Notes: generated by a model not told the origin, from the sequence alone. DNA of 64,000 bases from Dehalococcoidia bacterium (GCA_021157895.1 JAGGVQ010000017.1:32395-96394), one strand, 5' to 3'. Counted from the stretch's first letter, positions 20,440-29,948 are shown. Translations and numbers: made by a program.

Positions 20440-21793
20440 TATCCTTTGGGTAGTGGGATTTTTGCTTCTTTAGAGCAGTCCTCTTTTTAGGTTTGGTCTT
20501 TTTACCCTTGCTAATGTCTGTTGTTGTCCTGTCATGAAGGATGTCTTCGGCAAAACGTATTTGGCCTTGTTTTTCGGGATTATCTGATGGGGCTTCAGAG
20601 GTTAAGCTGAGCTCATTGTTGGTCAGAAGGCCTTCAGTTTCAGCTATTGCCTGCGAGTTTGCTGTTTCATCCTCAGTTATAGGCTCTTCGTTGGTTTTGA
20701 CTGCTGCCGTCCAAGCCGCAGCTGTTTGTTCTTGTAATCTTTCTTGTTCTGCAGCGGCAGCGGAGGCGCTCTTGATATCGATGCGCCATCCTGTGAGGCG
20801 GGCCGCCAGTCTGGCATTTTGCCCATCCTTACCGATAGCCAAAGACAGCTGCCTATCAGGAACGATCAAGATAGCAGTATGGTTAATGTTGTCCAGTTCA
20901 ACGCTTGTTACTTGAGCTGGCTTAAGTGCGTTGGGAATGAATATCTCGGGGTCGATGTTCCATTGGATTATGTCTATTTTTTCCCCATTCAACTCCTTAA
21001 CGATGCTCTGTATTCTGATGCCTCTGGGGCCGATACAGCATCCGACAGGATCGATATTTTCCTGGGAAGTTGATACTGCAACCTTGCTCCGGTATCCTGG
21101 ATCGCGGGCTATTCCCGTTATTTCCACTATCCCGTTATGAATCTCAGGAACTTCTAACTCTAGTAGTCGGCGCAGTAAATTAGGGTGAGTGCGTGAGACT
21201 ATTGTTTGTATCTCTTTACTTCCCTTATTAATCTGCAGTAGATAAAACTTTAGTTGTTGGCCAGTATGATAATGCTCATTACTTATCTGCTCGCTGGAAG
21301 GAAGTATTGCCTCTGTTCGGCCTACTCTCACGTAGACCTGTTTGGGATCAATGAACTGGATTGTTCCTGTAAGGATTTCTCCTTCTTTGTTAGCAAACTC
21401 CTCATATGTTGCGTGGTACTCCGCCTCACGTAACCGCTGGGAGATTACTTGGCGTGCTGTTTGAGCAGCAATACGTCCGGCATTCTTTGGTGTCGCCTCA
21501 ATTTCTACGATGGTGCCGATCTGAACATTATCTTGCAGGGTCATGGCTTCGGACAATGATATCTCCTTATGAGGATTTGTAACTATTTCTGTCACAGCTT
21601 TTTGGATATAGACCTTGATGTTACCTGCTCCAATATCGAATTTAACCTTGATATCATCGTCGGGAGCGAAGGCTTCCTTCTTATAGGCTGAGACCAACGC
21701 AGATTCCAGCACGCCTAACACCACCTCTCTGGGCAATCCTCTTTCGGTAGCAAGCTGGGAAATAGCGGCCATGAACTCAGTCTTCATTTTCAT
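20420..21793 (-). CDS. nusA: Transcription termination/antitermination factor NusA with long low-complexity C-terminal tail
   Basis: N-terminal domain, S1 and two KH regions (GPRGIRIQSI, GKDGQNARLAARLTGW). Acidic/lysine-rich tail of about 110 aa. Confidence 0.95.
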   Translation of the reverse strand: MKMKTEFMAAISQLATERGLPREVVLGVLESALVSAYKKEAFAPDDDIKVKFDIGAGNIKVYIQKAVTEIVTNPHKEISLSEAMTLQDNVQIGTIVEIEATPKNAGRIAAQTARQVISQRLREAEYHATYEEFANKEGEILTGTIQFIDPKQVYVRVGRTEAILPSSEQISNEHYHTGQQLKFYLLQINKGSKEIQTIVSRTHPNLLRRLLELEVPEIHNGIVEITGIARDPGYRSKVAVSTSQENIDPVGCCIGPRGIRIQSIVKELNGEKIDIIQWNIDPEIFIPNALKPAQVTSVELDNINHTAILIVPDRQLSLAIGKDGQNARLAARLTGWRIDIKSASAAAAEQERLQEQTAAAWTAAVKTNEEPITEDETANSQAIAETEGLLTNNELSLTSEAPSDNPEKQGQIRFAEDILHDRTTTDISKGKKTKPKKRTALKKQKSHYPKDNDEYEE

Positions 21794-21815
21794 TAGATTT
21801 CCTATTTCTTAACTA

Positions 21816-21840
21816 ATAAAAAAAGTGGGCCACCCCACTT
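21816..21840 (-). terminator. Rho-independent terminator-like hairpin in the nusA leader
   Basis: Minus strand reads AAGUGGG-GUGG-CCCACUU followed by UUUUUAUU. The U tract ends about 22 nt before the nusA ATG. Confidence 0.6.
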
Positions 21841-22057
21841 AGAAAACCCCTTCTCCTTTTGTTTGTAAAGTAGCATATGTGGAGTAGTAATGCAAGCTTG
21901 GGATTAATGAAAGATATCATGGGGCATTCATAGCTATGTCTCCAGGACGCTGGTGTATCAGGAGGAGTACTGTTGTTACCGAGATGGATTGTGTTCTCCT
22001 CAGGAATACAGGTTATTGCAACTAATTTCGAGGGGTGGAAACCTGTCCTGAGTATGC

Positions 22058-22840
22058 TTAATGCAGTGCAAGCTCAGGCCTTGCTGCTATCCAGGTAAAT
22101 ATTGTAGCCATCGCTGCTTCCTCGATCCTCAGCTTGTGTTGGGCACCTTGGATTATAGCCAGATCTTTGGGTTCAAGTGCTCTGTGATATAGCCTGCGGG
22201 CATCTCCTACAGGTATCGTCTCATCGGCATCTCCATGGATTAGAAGCAGAGGACGTGGTGAGATCTTATCTATACAGCTGATAGGTTTTATGTTCTCAAA
22301 GCCTCTTACCCATCCTGATATGGAAGAGGGAAAGTCTTTGCTTCGTATGGCTCCAATATCACGGAAATGTTGAATTGCGTCCAGAGCGTTTTTTCTATTG
22401 ACCAGAGAAGTGAAGTCGGCGGGACAGGCACAGCTTATCACGGAGGATATTCTGGCATCATGGGCGGCAACGTGCATGCTGATTGCTGCTCCAGCGCTAA
22501 ATCCTAAAAGACAGAGGCTAGTAATCTTTGTTTCCTTCTGCCGATAGAGGTAGTTTATTGCCCCCTGTAAATCGTGGGCCCAGCCTGCCATATCCAGGTC
22601 GCCCTGACTTTCTCCGGTTCCCCTGAAGTTAAAAATCAGGGTGGTAAATCCAGCATCAGAGAATCTTTGTGCCAGCAGAGAGTAGCCATTATCTCCAGCA
22701 TTATATGGTACTGCTGGTATCCCGTGTGATATACATACTGCAGGATGTTTGTTCGCTCCCTGTGGGATATATAGTTTGCCAACAAGTGTAAGGGTATCCA
22801 CCTGCCAGGAAATTTTACGTTGTCTTGCTTTCTGTTGCAT
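22058..22840 (-). CDS. Alpha/beta-fold hydrolase
   Basis: GFSAGAA nucleophile elbow (GxSxG). Late HGDAD and His residues. 260 aa. Confidence 0.7.
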   Translation of the reverse strand: MQQKARQRKISWQVDTLTLVGKLYIPQGANKHPAVCISHGIPAVPYNAGDNGYSLLAQRFSDAGFTTLIFNFRGTGESQGDLDMAGWAHDLQGAINYLYRQKETKITSLCLLGFSAGAAISMHVAAHDARISSVISCACPADFTSLVNRKNALDAIQHFRDIGAIRSKDFPSSISGWVRGFENIKPISCIDKISPRPLLLIHGDADETIPVGDARRLYHRALEPKDLAIIQGAQHKLRIEEAAMATIFTWIAARPELALH

Positions 22841-22914
22841 AATATACGATGCTTGAGAAGGAGCTGTTTTTTAGTGTAAAAGAGATGAATTATTATAACT
22901 GGCGAAGGGAATAG

Positions 22915-23496
22915 ATGCGAGTTTACAGGTCTCCTGGTTTAAGCGTCATCTGGTTTTTAATCCTTACAAACTTTTTAGTTTTCCTGTTCTCTTCAGTACG
23001 TCCTGAGATACTGTATTTCTTGGGGTTAACGCCAGCGTACTTTTTACACCAGCCCTGGACCATAGTTACCAGCATGTTCCTTCATGCTGGCTGGGGTCAT
23101 ATCATATTTAATATGATAAGCCTGTATTTCCTCGGAAGTTTCCTGGTTAGATTGATAGGGGAAAATAAGTTCCTGCTGGTATATTTGGTTGGCGGTGTGG
23201 CAGGGAATATTCTGTTCATCATACTGGCGCCTCCCTATTCCATTGGAATAGGTGCCTCAGGGGCAATTTATGCCCTGGGGGGTGTGCTGATGATAATGGC
23301 ACCCTGGGTGAAAGTTTTTATTTTCCCTATCCCGATACCCATTCCGCTGTGGGTGGCAATTATAATTTTCCTTCTTCTTTCTTTCCTGCCGGGCATAGCC
23401 TGGGAGGCTCACCTGGGAGGTTTACTTTTCGGTCTTGGCGCTGGTTATTATTTCAAGCAGAGAAGGGGAAGGGGGAATTACGTTTATCGAATGTGA
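22915..23496 (+). CDS. Rhomboid-family intramembrane serine protease
   Basis: HAGWGHIIFNM motif, GASGAIYALGG catalytic Ser and AHLGG catalytic His. 6 TM helices. Confidence 0.85.
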   Translation: MRVYRSPGLSVIWFLILTNFLVFLFSSVRPEILYFLGLTPAYFLHQPWTIVTSMFLHAGWGHIIFNMISLYFLGSFLVRLIGENKFLLVYLVGGVAGNILFIILAPPYSIGIGASGAIYALGGVLMIMAPWVKVFIFPIPIPIPLWVAIIIFLLLSFLPGIAWEAHLGGLLFGLGAGYYFKQRRGRGNYVYRM

Positions 23497-23586
23497 CTTG
23501 TCTTCTCTTGCAACAGATGATGTAGCCGTGCTCATGTGGTAATCAACTCAGCAGGATGAAGCATATGGCTACCAGGTTGTTGATTT

Positions 23587-24486
23587 ATGGTTAAGCTAAA
23601 GGTATGGTTATTGGAGACCCGGCCGCAATTCCTGATTCTGTCCGTGGTACTGGCTTTCCTCGGCACGTCGATTGCTTGGTACGATGGCGCTTTCCATCCT
23701 GGCTTTGCTCTATTGGCTTTAGCTGGATTGCTCCTGTGTCATATCAGCGTCAATGTGCTAAATGATTATTTTGATTATCGCAGCGGCATTGACCTGGAAA
23801 CGAGGAGAACCCCCTTCAGCGGAGGCAGTGGCATATTGCCCCTCCATGCTATGAAGCCCAACCAGGTGTTCTGGTTCGGCATTATTGCCTTTCTGCTGGC
23901 GATACCCATAGGGGGTTATTTTGTGGTGTCTTGTGGGTGGTTATTATTACCGCTGCTTGTAGTTGGTGCGGCGTGCATTCTTCTATATACGCCTTTGTTG
24001 CTTAAGCTGGGGTGGCCGGAGTGGGCCCCCGGGATCGGCATGGGGTTCTTGCCAGTTCTGGGTTTTTATTTCGTTCAGACCTCTGCCTATACTCTTCCCG
24101 CTGTTGTGGCAGCCGTACCATCAGGCATATTGGTGCATAATCTCCTGTTATTAAATGAGTTTCCTGATGTCCCCGCTGATACTGGGGGGGGGAGAAGAAC
24201 CCTGCCTATAGTGTGGGGTAAACGCAAGTCTGGCATATTCTATTCTGTTCTTACCATAGTGATGTATTGCTGGATAGTAGGTGCAGTGATTCTGGGGTTT
24301 ATGCCAGTATTTTCTTTGTTAGCCTTAGCCACAATCCCTCTAGCGATTAGGGTTATCCAGAGAGTGTTGCGTCACTGGGGGGGGATGGAGGGCTTAATGC
24401 CGTCGATGGGGGAAAATGTTCTGGTTGTAATGCTTACCCAGGTATTATTGGGAGTTGGCTATATCATTGCCGGGGTTCTGGCTTAA
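23587..24486 (+). CDS. UbiA-superfamily prenyltransferase (MenA-like)
   Basis: NDYFDYRSGID Asp-rich motif. About 8-9 TM segments. 299 aa. Confidence 0.7.
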   Translation: MVKLKVWLLETRPQFLILSVVLAFLGTSIAWYDGAFHPGFALLALAGLLLCHISVNVLNDYFDYRSGIDLETRRTPFSGGSGILPLHAMKPNQVFWFGIIAFLLAIPIGGYFVVSCGWLLLPLLVVGAACILLYTPLLLKLGWPEWAPGIGMGFLPVLGFYFVQTSAYTLPAVVAAVPSGILVHNLLLLNEFPDVPADTGGGRRTLPIVWGKRKSGIFYSVLTIVMYCWIVGAVILGFMPVFSLLALATIPLAIRVIQRVLRHWGGMEGLMPSMGENVLVVMLTQVLLGVGYIIAGVLA

Positions 24487-24488
24487 GA

Positions 24489-25805
24489 TTAGATTTGGTT
24501 CTCTATGCAATATTCCCTTAAACCATTTAGCGAGGAGAAGAAATTCCGCATCATCACACTGACAGGATACATCCCTTTTGGTGTTACCCATATAGTGCCA
24601 TCTTTTTCCTTGATCAATCCGGAGAGCTTCAGGGAGAGTATTTCCATCCGCAGTTTACTATGGATATTGACATGGAATTTCTCATGAAATCTCCTGCTAT
24701 CTAGGCTAAGACCAAAGAGTTTGGAGAGCAAATAGTAATACAACATGTCGTGGTTGGATAGTTTTCTCCACCTGATAATGGGGAATTGGCCACGCTGTAA
24801 ACTCTCACTATATCTCTGCAATGAGAATGTGTTGACATAAAAGTTGTTCCTCAGGAGGCTCACGGAGCCGCTTCCTATACCGATGTAGTTGTCGAAATCA
24901 ACTATGTACTCGTCTATCATCCTGTTACCCTGAGAGAAGCACCATGCCGTAGAGGGCATATATGAATTTGTTCCGATATGTTTCAGGATGATGTCGTAGA
25001 ACGATTTTTCCTGGGACATATCCACGCGGTTAAAATTACGCTCCAGGGCATTCACTTTATGGGGAGAAGGCATCAGGGGATAGAAAGTCGCTTGATCTAT
25101 GTGAAGCCTATCCAGAATTTCCAGGTCTGTTTCCAATTGTTGCACCGATTGGGAAGGGAAGTTGAATAAGAAATCGATGTTGACGGTATCGAATTTATCC
25201 TCGGCGAGTAGAATCTTTTCCTGTATCTCTTGGCCTGTGCACCATGCCCTGCTCATTGCTTTCAATAACTTGTCATCAAAGCTTTGTATGCCAATTGACA
25301 GGCGGTTGATTCCTGCCTGTTGTAATAAGGCTATATTCGTTTTATTTATCTCCCGGGGAGTGGTCTCCACTGAAATTTGCTTAACATCAAAGTTTTTTTT
25401 GAGAAGGGCAATAAATTCCAGGAGTTCATCCATAAGGATGGTTGGTGTTCCTCCACCAAAGTAAAAGGTGGAGAAGCGGAAGCCTCGATTGATATATAAA
25501 GCCAGTTCCCTTCTCAGGGCCTGGTAGTATAACCTAGCGGTGTTCTCCCTGAATAGATAGCGGTTAAAGCAGCAGTAGGGGCAAAGTGTGCGGCAAAATG
25601 GGATGTGAATGTAAAGGGAAGCCTGCTCTCCGTTTTGGGGCCTTAGCTCTGCGAGCTTTGTTTCGTCGATATCCTGTTCAAGATTCAGAAATTTTTTGCC
25701 ATGCTGCTGTGTGATGTATCCCAGTAATCGAGATGACAATATGCTTGGTATCACTGTTGATTTAATCTCCTGTACATGGATACCATTATACCCACCATAG
25801 GGCAA
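24489..25805 (-). CDS. Radical SAM, HemN/HemW-like (oxygen-independent coproporphyrinogen III oxidase family)
   Basis: HIPFCRTLCPYCCF (CX3CX2C). GGGTPT motif. HemN_C-like tail. Confidence 0.75.
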   Translation of the reverse strand: MPYGGYNGIHVQEIKSTVIPSILSSRLLGYITQQHGKKFLNLEQDIDETKLAELRPQNGEQASLYIHIPFCRTLCPYCCFNRYLFRENTARLYYQALRRELALYINRGFRFSTFYFGGGTPTILMDELLEFIALLKKNFDVKQISVETTPREINKTNIALLQQAGINRLSIGIQSFDDKLLKAMSRAWCTGQEIQEKILLAEDKFDTVNIDFLFNFPSQSVQQLETDLEILDRLHIDQATFYPLMPSPHKVNALERNFNRVDMSQEKSFYDIILKHIGTNSYMPSTAWCFSQGNRMIDEYIVDFDNYIGIGSGSVSLLRNNFYVNTFSLQRYSESLQRGQFPIIRWRKLSNHDMLYYYLLSKLFGLSLDSRRFHEKFHVNIHSKLRMEILSLKLSGLIKEKDGTIWVTPKGMYPVSVMMRNFFSSLNGLREYCIENQI

Positions 25806-26229
25806 GTCCTACCCCTAGCAAGGCCCCCATGGCCACCTGGAATGGAGTATGTCCGACCAGCTGCTCCATACGGTGTTCCAGCTCAATATGTGTTTTGGGA
25901 AAGGTGAGGAGTATGTCACTTATGACAGCAGATTGTTTATCCACTGCTTGGCGTACGCCAGCAGCATCATGCATTACTATAGCTGCCAGGACTACGCTGA
26001 TGGCGAAAAGGCCGGAATCTGTGCCATACACCACTCCGATTGTTGTTGCCAGGGCGCAGACCAGTGTGGAGTGGGCACTGGGCATGCCTCCTGCGCTAAT
26101 CATGTAGTACCAGTTAATATGTTTTTCCCTGATAGCTTGAATTGTTGTTTTTAGTATCTGGGCTGTCAGCCAGGCTGCAGCGGGAATGACCAATGCTTTG
26201 TAGGGCAGGATATGGCTTAGAAAACTCAT
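25786..26229 (-). CDS. Divergent PAP2 / DUF212 membrane protein
   Basis: GGMPSAHSTLV motif. 147 aa. 4 TM helices. Confidence 0.7.
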   Translation of the reverse strand: MSFLSHILPYKALVIPAAAWLTAQILKTTIQAIREKHINWYYMISAGGMPSAHSTLVCALATTIGVVYGTDSGLFAISVVLAAIVMHDAAGVRQAVDKQSAVISDILLTFPKTHIELEHRMEQLVGHTPFQVAMGALLGVGLALWWV

Positions 26230-26230
26230 G

Positions 26231-26252
26231 ATAATTTCCTTATAATTTCCTT
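26231..26252. repeat. Perfect tandem duplication (2 x 11 bp ATAATTTCCTT) spanning the SD of the DUF212 gene
   Basis: Read directly. The minus strand gives AAGGAAATTAT AAGGAAATTAT C ATG. Confidence 0.9.
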
Positions 26253-26441
26253 GGTTTCTTTGCTGCGTCTATATGTTGGGATCCAACCTCTAATATTAGT
26301 TATCCGGTGGTTTTACTGCAAGCCATGTGAGGTCTTGCGTTTTGTTTAGTATAACATTGACATTCGTTGTTAATAATGGTAATTATACATAGGAACTCGA
26401 TGTAGGGATAACCAGTATTTTTCTATAGCTAGGAAAGAGTA

Positions 26442-26879
26442 ATGCCAGGTAGTAAAAAAGAGAAGCTAGATTATGGGGAATTGACTCCTGGTTATGAGTT
26501 TCCCGCAGTAACATATGAGCTACGTGCCCATATTATTGATCAGTACACGAAGGCAGTAGATATGCCCGCAGACAGGGGGATGCTATCTGAATTTATCCCC
26601 CCTCTAGCCGTAGGGGCATATGCTATGACTGCCATGGGAAATGCTATTTCATTTCCGCCTGGTACGATACACGCATCTCAGGAATTCGAGTTCTACCGGA
26701 TGGTTTCTGTTGGCACTGTAATTACATGCCGGACCAGGGTTGAGCGTAATATAAGCCGTGGGAAAATGAACATGCTGGTGTTGGTGATGAATGTGTTTGA
26801 CCAAGATGAAAGGAAGGTCCAGTCGGGAAAGGCAACCCTGATATTGCCGGCTCAGGATGAAAATGCTCAAGGATATTAG
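26442..26879 (+). CDS. Hotdog-fold protein, non-catalytic MaoC-like partner (HadA-like)
   Basis: 145 aa hotdog-sized protein without a hydratase-2 motif. Overlaps the next hotdog gene. Confidence 0.6.
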   Translation: MPGSKKEKLDYGELTPGYEFPAVTYELRAHIIDQYTKAVDMPADRGMLSEFIPPLAVGAYAMTAMGNAISFPPGTIHASQEFEFYRMVSVGTVITCRTRVERNISRGKMNMLVLVMNVFDQDERKVQSGKATLILPAQDENAQGY

Positions 26880-27282
26880 TATAGGCAAGGAGCTTTCTCC
26901 TGTGGTAAAGCATATTACTCAGGAGAAAATTAACCGCTATGCTCAAGCATCGGGAGATTTCAATCCCATCCATGTGGACGAGGATTTTGCTGCCCGGACA
27001 CCCCTGAAAGGCACTATTGCACATGGCATGCTGATTTTAGCCTATATATCAGAGATGATGATGGTGGATTTTGGCGAGGATTGGTTCTCCGCGGGCAAGC
27101 TTGTGGTGAGATTTAAGGAGCCAGCCCGTCCTGGAGATATTATAGTGGTTAGTGGCAGGGTCAGTGATATTGATAATGAGGGGGATATATCTCATGTCAG
27201 GTGTGCTGTGGAGTGCAGCATTAAGGGGGGAGATGTTGTGATCACAGGTAGTGCTGAAGTTAAGGTGAAAACCAAGGGGTAA
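26857..27282 (+). CDS. MaoC-like (R)-specific dehydratase, catalytic hotdog subunit (HadB-like)
   Basis: YAQASGDFNPIHVDEDFA matches the hydratase-2 motif. ATG at 26863 is better spaced from the AGGA SD. Confidence 0.75.
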   Translation: MKMLKDISIGKELSPVVKHITQEKINRYAQASGDFNPIHVDEDFAARTPLKGTIAHGMLILAYISEMMMVDFGEDWFSAGKLVVRFKEPARPGDIIVVSGRVSDIDNEGDISHVRCAVECSIKGGDVVITGSAEVKVKTKG

Positions 27283-27288
27283 TAACGA

Positions 27289-28320
27289 ATGTTATTGAAG
27301 CGAAAGGTACATGTAGCTGTGGATGCCATGGGGGGTGATTATGCCCCGGGTGAAATAGTGAAGGGAGCATTATGGGCGGCACAGAAGAGTGATGTAGAAA
27401 TTACCCTGGTGGGTTCCTCGCAGATGGTGGGAAAAGAGTTATCTGGTCTTGGGGGCGTTGATGGCCTGCCAATTCATGTGGTTGATGCCAAGGATAGCGT
27501 TGGTGAACATGATTCTCCAGCTGTGGTGATTCGCCGCAAGTCAAACTCATCGATAGCTGTGGGAGCCAAGCTGGTGAAGCAGGGGAAAGTTGATGGACTG
27601 GTTAGCGCTGGGTCTACAGGAGCGAGCCTTGTCAGCGCCGTACAATTTATTGGTATGCTGGACGGAATGTCTCGACCAGCCATAGCGGCACCGCTGGGTG
27701 GATTTGCTCACGATGTGTTGCTGATGGATGCTGGGGCTAATGTAGATTGTAAGCCTTACCAGTTACTGTCTTTTGCTGTAGCAGGGGCTGTCTGCGCTGA
27801 GAAGATTTTACGAATTCCCAACCCCACGATAGCTTTATTGAGCACTGGTGCCGAGGAAAGTAAGGGCAGCGAGGCGGTGCGGGAGAGCTACCAGCTTTTC
27901 AAGGATAGTGGCTTGAACTTTATTGGCAATATTGAGGGGCATGATATATTGAGTGGAAGAGCCAATGTGGTTATCTGTGATGGGCTTGTGGGTAATATAT
28001 TGCTTAAGTTCTATGAGAGCATAGGGGGTTATGCCAAGGACTGGATAAAGCGGAAACTGAAGAGGCAACCTCTCCTGAAGGCGATGACAGAATTCTTTTT
28101 CTCCCGGCTGTTTCCCATTGCCCAGGTCTCTTACGAGGGCGAGGATGAAGCAGGTGGCTTATTGTGGGGAATTAATGGTATTGTTCGTATTGGTCATGGT
28201 GCCAGCCGGGCAGAAAATGTTGTCCATGCTATTAATAGTGTTAAAAACGCCGTGGAGGCTGATATAGTTGGCAGCCTTAAGGCAGAGCTAGGCAAACTTA
28301 AGCAACAGGGAAAGTTATAA
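27289..28320 (+). CDS. plsX: Phosphate acyltransferase PlsX
   Basis: AVDAMGGDYAP N-terminal motif. 343 aa. Confidence 0.9.
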   Translation: MLLKRKVHVAVDAMGGDYAPGEIVKGALWAAQKSDVEITLVGSSQMVGKELSGLGGVDGLPIHVVDAKDSVGEHDSPAVVIRRKSNSSIAVGAKLVKQGKVDGLVSAGSTGASLVSAVQFIGMLDGMSRPAIAAPLGGFAHDVLLMDAGANVDCKPYQLLSFAVAGAVCAEKILRIPNPTIALLSTGAEESKGSEAVRESYQLFKDSGLNFIGNIEGHDILSGRANVVICDGLVGNILLKFYESIGGYAKDWIKRKLKRQPLLKAMTEFFFSRLFPIAQVSYEGEDEAGGLLWGINGIVRIGHGASRAENVVHAINSVKNAVEADIVGSLKAELGKLKQQGKL

Positions 28321-28342
28321 AAATTATAAGGGAGGTAGTTTT

Positions 28343-28588
28343 ATGTCGGTTGAAGACCAAATCAAGGATATAGTGGCGAAAATTATTCATGTTGACAAGG
28401 ACATCATCACCAGGGAGGGCTCTTTCAAGGAAATGAAGGCAGATTCCCTGGATATCGTACAGGCCCTGGTGGCAGTGGAGGAAGCCTTTGATATCGAGAT
28501 CCCCGACGAGGAAGCCCAGAAGTTTCAGAACTTCGGTGATTTTGTTTCCTATGTGGAAAAACAGGTGGAGAAGAAAGGAGAGGGGTAA
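28343..28588 (+). CDS. acpP: Acyl carrier protein
   Basis: 81 aa. MKADSLDIVQ phosphopantetheine Ser motif. Confidence 0.9.
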   Translation: MSVEDQIKDIVAKIIHVDKDIITREGSFKEMKADSLDIVQALVAVEEAFDIEIPDEEAQKFQNFGDFVSYVEKQVEKKGEG

Positions 28589-28591
28589 TCC

Positions 28592-28702
28592 GTGACGCTT
28601 GAGGGCAAAATTGCACTGGTTACCGGGAGTGGTCAGGGAATAGGCAGGGTCATTGCGATGAAATGTTTACTGCCATTTTTACTAGAGGAGGACAAGAGTT
28701 GA
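28592..28702 (+). pseudogene. 36-codon remnant of a short-chain dehydrogenase (FabG-like N-terminus)
   Basis: My translation: VTLEGKIALVTGSGQGIGRVIAMKCLLPFLLEEDKS*. It has the TGxxxGIG Rossmann start only. The stop TGA overlaps the TTG start of fabF. Confidence 0.6.
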
Positions 28703-29940
28703 CGAATATTCCCAGAGTTGTTGTTACTGGTATGGGTACCTTGAACCCTATGGCCCTGAGTGTTGAGGAGTTCAAGGAGGGTTTGGCTGTCGGCAAGTCA
28801 GGCGTAAACACTATTACTCGCTTTGATGCCAGCAAGTATCAGGTAAAGGTGGATGGGGAGGTTAAAGGGTTCGACCCTGCCCAGTATATGGACCTGAAGA
28901 CAGTTGATCGGAATCCCCGGGCGGTTCAGTTTGGCATTGCTGCTGCCAAGCAGGCGATAGAGTCGGCCAAGTTGGATATGGCACAGGAGGATCCTGTGCG
29001 AGTTGGTGTCGCTTCGGGCTGTATGGTGGAGAGCAGCTATGTGGTCCAGCAAAGTGAACGCGTTGAACAAAGGGGGCCGAGGAGAGCAGATCCCCTGTTT
29101 GTGGCCAAGTCAAGTCCCAGTGCAGTATCGATGCAGGTGGGCATGATGCTGGGAGCCAAGGGGCCTAACTCCAGTGTTAACAGCCTCTGTGCCACTGGTG
29201 CTGATGCCATTGGCACTGCTTTCAATTTTATCCGCTTAGGATATGCTGATGTCATGATAGCAGGGGGGGCTGATTCCAGTCTGGATCCCCTGGGGATGGC
29301 TGGGATTGATATTCTGGGAGCGCTTTCTCGGAATCCTGACCCGGCTAAAGCATGCCGGCCTTTTGATCTTAATCGTGATGGTTTTATCTATTCTGAAGGC
29401 TCGGGCATGATTGTTCTGGAGAGCTATGAGCATGCTGTGAAGCGCGGAGCACCGATTTTGGCTGAGCTGGCTGGTGCAGGATGGTCCTTTGATGCCCATG
29501 ATGCTACGGCTCCTGCGCCGGAGGCTGAGGCTTATGCCATGCGCTCAGCCATCGACAGTGCAGGGATTACCATTAAGGATATTGATTATGTTAATGCCCA
29601 TGGAACCAGCACTAAACTGAATGATGCCAACGAGACCAGGGCGCTCAAGATAGCTCTTGGTGATCAGGCCTATAAGATACCGGTAAGTTCTACCAAGTCT
29701 ATGATTGGTCACATGATAACTGCTGCTGGAGCCATTGAGAGCATCGCCACTATACTTGCCATGAATGAAGGAATTATCTATCCCACGATAAATTACGAGA
29801 CTCCCGATCCCGAATGTGATCTGGATTATGTACCCAATGTGGCCCGTAAAGCCAGGGTGGATATTTGTCTGAAGGAGAGTTTTGGTTTGGGAGGAGAGAA
29901 CTGCTGTCTGGTGTTTAAGCATCCTCGTTTGTTATCGTAG
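28699..29940 (+). CDS. fabF: 3-oxoacyl-ACP synthase II
   Basis: TTG start 6 nt after AGAGGAGGA, giving ..IPRVVVTGMG (the ORF track starts at 28663). Active-site LCATG, HGTST and GH motifs. Confidence 0.9.
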   Translation: MTNIPRVVVTGMGTLNPMALSVEEFKEGLAVGKSGVNTITRFDASKYQVKVDGEVKGFDPAQYMDLKTVDRNPRAVQFGIAAAKQAIESAKLDMAQEDPVRVGVASGCMVESSYVVQQSERVEQRGPRRADPLFVAKSSPSAVSMQVGMMLGAKGPNSSVNSLCATGADAIGTAFNFIRLGYADVMIAGGADSSLDPLGMAGIDILGALSRNPDPAKACRPFDLNRDGFIYSEGSGMIVLESYEHAVKRGAPILAELAGAGWSFDAHDATAPAPEAEAYAMRSAIDSAGITIKDIDYVNAHGTSTKLNDANETRALKIALGDQAYKIPVSSTKSMIGHMITAAGAIESIATILAMNEGIIYPTINYETPDPECDLDYVPNVARKARVDICLKESFGLGGENCCLVFKHPRLLS

Positions 29941-29948
29941 GAGGAATA

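Noticed and set aside
24184-24192. Homopolymeric G tracts as possible phase-variation switches: G9 here, plus G7-G8 at 24377, 29263, 35428, 49511 and 52683.
   Set aside because: Almost all sit in frame as GGG Gly-Gly-Gly codons in conserved housekeeping genes (UbiA-like, fabF, nrdJ, rsmD). This is more consistent with GGG codon preference than contingency loci. They remain sites where sequencing frameshift errors would be likely.
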